Below, in pieces: positions 58,001 through 64,000 of a stretch of DNA of 64,000 bases (its first letter is position 1; each line of letters begins with the position of its first letter). A model generated the notes under the pieces. The model searched no databases and was not told where the DNA came from. It worked only from the letters and a program-made list of their open reading frames with translations. The position numbers and the translations under genes were made by a program. Source of the DNA: Podarcis erhardii (Eukaryota); assembly GCA_964252035.1 (NCBI GenBank), contig OZ176209.1; one strand, given 5' to 3'.

Positions 58001-61000
58001 CAGCAGCAGATCAGAGCCAATAACTAAACGCTTCCCTGCTGTGCCTCAGGTAGAAACACTATTCCCATTTACTTAGATTTGAAAGCAAGGCTGCCTCTTC
58101 TGCTGGTTTTACCATCCCAGTCAAGTTCATGCAAGACGTATGTGTCAGAGTCAACACCCCTCCCATCTACAATCATGCCTTCTCATTCTTTCACGGACTC
58201 TGCAATTTGCATCAGTGCTAAGCTTCTTTCTTCTAAAGCACTCTCTCTTCACGGACATTTCTTCCGTATCATCTTTCTGGTCCACATTTAAGTGCAAAAG
58301 CTTGATACCTGACACAAGCAGCAGTAGTTCCTTGTCTCTGAATGCAGACCACCACTATCCCAGGAGCAGACAGAAAAGTAGGGCAAGTGGTTTCTAATGG
58401 ATCAAGAGCAGGAAGGAGGAGGCTGTTGGCATTCCCCACAAGTGATTTTCTTCCTGAATTGAATTCATTTCTATCTGAGGGCCAGGATAGGACTAAAGCA
58501 GCTACAAGAAAGGGCTGCAAGGGGTAGGGTGAGAAAGAAGGAACTAGCACTGCTCCAACATTAGTACAGTACTGTCTGGCTCAGATTGGAACAAGGATCT
58601 GCCGCGCCTTCAACAACCCTTTTTTAAAAAAAGAAATGCCACTGATCCTGAACTTCTCATAACCACAAAGGAAACAAACTAATAATTGTCCATGATCAGG
58701 AATCTATAGCTACACCATTGCCTTTTAATGTTGTAATAATTATCCCTCATTTCCTGCTCCTTTATGAGTTTTATAAGGTCTGGCAACTTGGCTAAAGTGA
58801 CAGCTAGTTTCATAGCATAAAGCCAGCCTCAGGCTCTTGGGACTATAACTATTTTTAATCACTAGTCTAGATAGCAGCAGCAGCTCTGAACGTTCAGTGT
58901 CATCTGAGTATCTTAAGCAACAAAAGCTCTCCAAAATTTCAATACAGAATTATAATCATATACAACTTTTTTAAAGACTTGTGACCACCTACTCAGAAAT
59001 GTTACCTATCCCTTTGGCACAGCCCTTTGCCATCTGCCAGCACTACTTTCCTGGGATGTTCTCTTATCCAAAAGCAAGTGTTGGTCCAACACAAAGGAGA
59101 AATGTTGTGCACAAACGCAGACATTCCAGTGACCATTCCTGGCTCAGCCTCCCTTCTTTACTGCATGCCCCTGGACACAAACAAGTAGGCTAAACTGCAG
59201 CTGCAAGCTTGTTTTTAAGATAACCTAAAGGCCATAAACAGCTTGGGAGCCTCCAATAAAGAAATGCTTGTAACTGGGACTGCTGAAGACATAGGTGAAA
59301 GGTAAAAAGTTAGCTAGTCACTTTTCAGCCATGTTTTGTCAAAGGTCTACTTCTAAAGAACAGTTTATGAACATTAGGTAGTGCAAGATTCCCTAGACCT
59401 GCCTTCCCTCCCCAGTCTGGTACCCTCCATATGTTTTGGACTACATCTCCTATTGTTCCTGATCATTAGCCATGCTTGTTAGGCCTGATGGAAATTGTAA
59501 TCCAATGCATTTGGAAGGCACCAACTGGGAAAGAGTACCCCAACTATTTGCCCCTCATTCTGGAAAAACATTGTTGAAGATTCCTGCAAGTTGTACATAT
59601 AGGATGGAGGGGAACTCAAGGACTAAAGGCTCAGTTACAGGCAGGAGAAACAAAAAAGAGCAGTTCAGGGGATGAGAACAGTTTAAGAATAAGACAGAGT
59701 AGCTTGGAGGTCTGGGCAAGACTGTAACTGGAAGCTGGAACAGCAGTGCCTAAAAATAACATTTCTAAGAAAAAGTTCTTAGTGGATCTCTCAGCTGTGC
59801 TTCCTCATATCAGACAACAAGAAAAAGGGCATTAGGGGCTGTATCCAGTGCTTGAGTAGACGCATAGAAATGAATGCCCTTGACTAACTTAGGTCCATTA
59901 ATTTCAGTGGGTGTGCTCTGAACAGAACTTGGCTGGATACAACCCATAATACTATTTGTGTTGTATCGCAACTTGCTCTTCAAACACGTGTAGCAGGTTT
60001 GTGCAAGCACACTATTAAACAATATGAAATGTGGAAAAACAGCTAGTTAAGAGGAAACAAGAAGAAATTTAATGCAGGCTGGAGCCATGGAAGTACCCAA
60101 AGGCTTTACTATATATATTATTCCCAAGGCTTTCATGATGCATGCCCAAGCAGCTTCAGCACTACTGTATAGCACAAAAGTCGTCCCTCTTCATTTCTTC
60201 TATAGTAACCTGAGGGATAACTAAGATACCTAGTCTGTGCACATTAACATCAAGTCTAGACTTTAAATACCTTGTATAATACTGCACAAAATGAAAAATA
60301 AGCCCCATAGTGTAGTCCAGCAATTGCAGCGTCACTCTACTTGAAAGGAACTTCATAGCCAACAGTGGTAAGGAGCAGGGCTTACCTGCTAAGCTAATTG
60401 GGTTGAAGGCATTTTCTAACTGGTCTGACTAATTTCAAGTGCCACTGTCAAACTGATTAGTGATTATGCAAAATCTACCACTAACAGCATCTTAGGGCAA
60501 TATTAGACACTGCAGCAGTTGTGCGGGTTTAATTTGGAGTGGCCTCATCACATATATTGGGAGAGAACACACTGATCAAGGGGTTCAACCCTTCCTGAAT
60601 ATCTTGCAGCTCCTCTCCCCAGCTGCTTCTCACACAGCAAAGATGGTATTGGAGTGCTTCTGTGAGAAGGACTCATTTTCTATTAGCAGTCACTTTGGTT
60701 GAATTAAAAGCATAATACCAACAGGCTTATGTCTGAAGACACAAGGTTCTCAATTAGAACTTCAAAGTTTTTGCTGAAGATCTGTATTCATCCACTGGGG
60801 GGGGGATGTGGTTGTTTCAATCAGGTGAGTAGATGAAATGTACTATTTTAGAGATACTAAAGATAATCTTTGCATTCATCTAAATCTTATCAATGCATTT
60901 GAATGTGTTTGGAAGAAATTCCCATGATTTTGAAAGGAACTCATTTTCAAGCATTTAATTAAATTTAGGATACTGTCATTGGAAGTAAGTTGGATGAAGT

Positions 61001-61573
61001 GGTAGCCTGGTACAAAAGTTAGCAAACTCATGAAAGATTGCACATTCTGTATTTAAGAGTTGCAGCAACCTCTTAACAGAGTAGTAGGTCACTAGAACTT
61101 TTAGAATCATTGGGTTCCCAAACTACAAGTGGTCAACAAGTTTCATTCAAGTGGCCCAGTGTGTCTAAAAATACAATTAAAATCATACACCATCTAGCAC
61201 AGCATAATCATTACAATTGCTCTAAGAGGCAGGAGAATCATTAAGTGGTCTGCCAAGGTCCTCAGCAATGTTCAAGTGGTCTCAGAGGGAAAAGTTTGGG
61301 AACCACTACTATAGACTAATGAAAATTGGTACTGGGATCCATGTTGTTTAAACTACCCTAGTCCAAGGCAGGCAATAGATTTTTTACTGTATGCAGAACC
61401 ATTTGGATCCTCTTGTTAAACCTCTCTCAGAGCCCATGCCTAATTGGTGTATGGATAACCAATTCAATATAGCCCTATATAGCATACTGTCTTAGGCTTG
61501 GGTAAAGGCATGAGTGTGCTGTGACTTTTCCCATTTCCTCAAAATACACAGGGAAGCAGTGTTTGCAGGATAA

Positions 61574-61917
61574 AAGGTAAAGGGACCCCTGACCATTAGG
61601 TCCAGTTGTGGACGACTCTGGGGTTGCGGCGCTCATCTCGCTTTATTGGCCGAGGGAGCCGGCGTACAGCTTCCGGGTCATGTGGACAGCATGACTAAGC
61701 CACTTCTGGCGAACCAGAGCAGCGCATGGAAATGCTGTTTACCTTTCCACCAGAGCGGTACCTATTTATCTACATGCACTTTGACGTGCTTTCGAACTGC
61801 TAGGTTGGCAGAAGCAGGGACTGAGCAACAGGAGCTCACCTCATCGCGGGGATTCGAACCACCAACCTTCTGATTGGCAAGCCCTAGGCTCTGTGGTTTA
61901 ACCCACAGCGCTACCCG
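61574..61917 (-). mobile_element. Sauria-type SINE, intron 1
   Basis: Full length, same subtype as 43480-43819; possible short TSD gcag(g/a)ata. Confidence 0.93.
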
Positions 61918-64000
61918 CAGAATACCAGAAGCTTAATGGGAGGGTGAGAGAACTTTGCCATAGTCTATATTGTGGAGAAAATATAGCCCCATCCCCATTC
62001 CACAACAACATAATGGTTCCTTCAATACAAATCAACAGCAAAGGCAAATGTACAGAACGATGAGGACATATCCCAAAGGGCTGGACATGAAAGAAGTAAT
62101 CTAAAATTAGGTATTGGTACTAATAATGCATTACTTAATGTTTAGCTTCTAGGGATGAGTCTGTAATTGTATGTAACCACAAGCAGTCCATGTGCTCTTG
62201 CCATCAAGTCTTTAGCTACTTCTTTCCATGTTCTTTTGTCACATATGTCATACGGGGAGGGGTGCTTCAAGTCAAGGTAAGAACAAAGTCATCTTAGATT
62301 CACTGTCAACAAGAACTATGCTACTTCAGGCAATCCAGTACTATTACATTTCAGCCTGCATAGATAGGAGCTATTGACAGTGAACACACATCAAATCAGA
62401 GAAGACATTTGCCTAAAAGCTGATAGCTGGTAGTAGTTTGCATATAAACATGGCACAACTAGATCTAAGCTACCGAGTCTGTTCATGCCATGAAAAGTCT
62501 CCACATGAAAAAAACCCGCCCAAATTATGATTTACATCTATGAAAATAGGCACTCTTGTTAAGGTGGATCTATACTATTTTCCATAGCTCTGTTAGCAAG
62601 CTGGATGTGTGGAAATTTGATAGCTCAGAGCAGTCTTGTAGGAATACAGCAACTAAGTATCTGAATTGCTGCTTCATAAGGAAATTGCTTTGTGGGATCT
62701 GGCCCAAGTACTAAGCAGCATCCTCCAAAAAGAAGGACTTCTCTTATGGCACTGGAAAATTTTACAAGTATCCATTGTTGGAGTGCCTGTACCTCCCAGG
62801 ACTTCTCTGGGAGATTTCACCCTATTATGGCATCCTAAACAAGAAATAAATGTGTTCCTGTGCATGATATGTAGGAGTAGAAAGTTAAAACCTGCCCCCG
62901 CTATGTAGATCATAATTTGTCCAAGTCATCTTTTAGAAAGTAAGTAAGTATAAGTCAGATTTTTATGCGAGTGACATTTTGGGTGCATGCATTGACTAAC
63001 CATTTGTGCAGAGACTGGTTAGAATAAAGATACTCTGAAATATGGTCCCTTTTATTAATAGTGCACATTTGCCCCAGGCTCAAGAGAGAAACTTGCATTA
63101 TCTTCCAAGCCTGCCTGTTTCTGGCCTACCTGAACACCTGCTGTGTCCAAATACATGAAAAAAAATTAGATACAGCTCAAGGTGAATAGTGCTACAAACT
63201 GGAGGCTGAGCTATGCCCATTCAGCAGCAGTTTCCAGTTATAGATTTTCTGAAAAGCAGATATAAAATGACCAGGATCCAAACTAGCACAAGTGTAATTT
63301 TAAAAGTGAAAAAAATAAAATCTAGCAAATGTGGAAGTTATTTTAGGGTATTCATGCACCCTTCTAGGTCATGGGCTCCATTGTGTGGTACTTCATAAGG
63401 TACAAAGGACTGCTGCCAGACCTGAAGTTTTACCCTCCCTCATGCATGTTCAGAAGCACATTTCACTCATGCACTCAAAGTGGATGGGAAGTTGAAACTT
63501 GGCCAAAGATTTCTGCCAGAATTCAACAGTTTAAGGTAAAACTTGTGTAATACCACAAAACAAAACAAGCTCTCTCTCTCTCAATGTATGTATGTATATG
63601 TATATGTATTCCTACCAGCAGCATCTTGACATGGTACAATAGTAGCACAAAACATTTAAGATTTGGTCACATGACAGTAAAAAAAACCCCACTAAAAACT
63701 GGCAATCAACTACCGGTAGTACATGAGATGTGAAGAGAAGAGATCCAGCATATTTTCTAAGACTCTCCCTCTTTTTAAATTTACATTTCAATATTGTAGA
63801 TTTAAAAATACATAGGCCAGCATAAAACAAAAAATTAAATGTTACCACGTTAATTGCAAGCTTCCAGGTTAGATGGTTTACATGCTAACTAAATCCATCT
63901 TAGTACATTATCAAAATGCCCGGTGTTAGAAACTGGAACAGGAGTGCTAGAAGCCATGTGGCTCCTGGGACCTAGGCTGTGGGCACCAAAACAAAATGTC

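Noticed and set aside
47630-64000. Search for MYH9 exon 1, promoter or a nested gene
   Set aside because: There is no CpG island or GC-rich promoter-like stretch and no ORF with recognisable homology, so the region is treated as intron 1.

Overview
This is vertebrate (squamate, probably lacertid lizard) genomic DNA, almost all of it inside one gene on the minus strand: MYH9, non-muscle myosin heavy chain IIA. I traced coding exons 2-34 by hand (human numbering). The ATG is at 47114 in an ACCACCATGG context. The 33 exons total 4932 coding nt (1644 codons), all introns are GT-AG and phases are consistent. Exons 35 onward lie beyond the left edge. I found no non-coding exon 1 or CpG-island promoter in 47135-64000, so that stretch is read as intron 1. 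Introns carry five Sauria-type SINEs, two copies of a second tRNA-derived SINE, CR1 and BovB LINE 3' fragments, three TA-flanked Tc1/mariner-type MITEs, hAT MITEs, short fold-back elements and microsatellites. The main observations are: (1) an intact 63-nt in-frame cassette exon in actin-binding loop 2 resembling the MYH10 B2 insert; (2) a U12-type minor intron between exons 7 and 8; (3) concentrically nested inverted SINE pairs in intron 2 and an inverted MITE pair bracketing exon 3; (4) a 147/142-bp local duplication in intron 1; (5) a stuttered BovB 5' junction; (6) a weak candidate poison exon in loop 1. I see no evidence of a novel multi-gene system. The species call and repeat family names come from my recall of consensus sequences, not from a database search.
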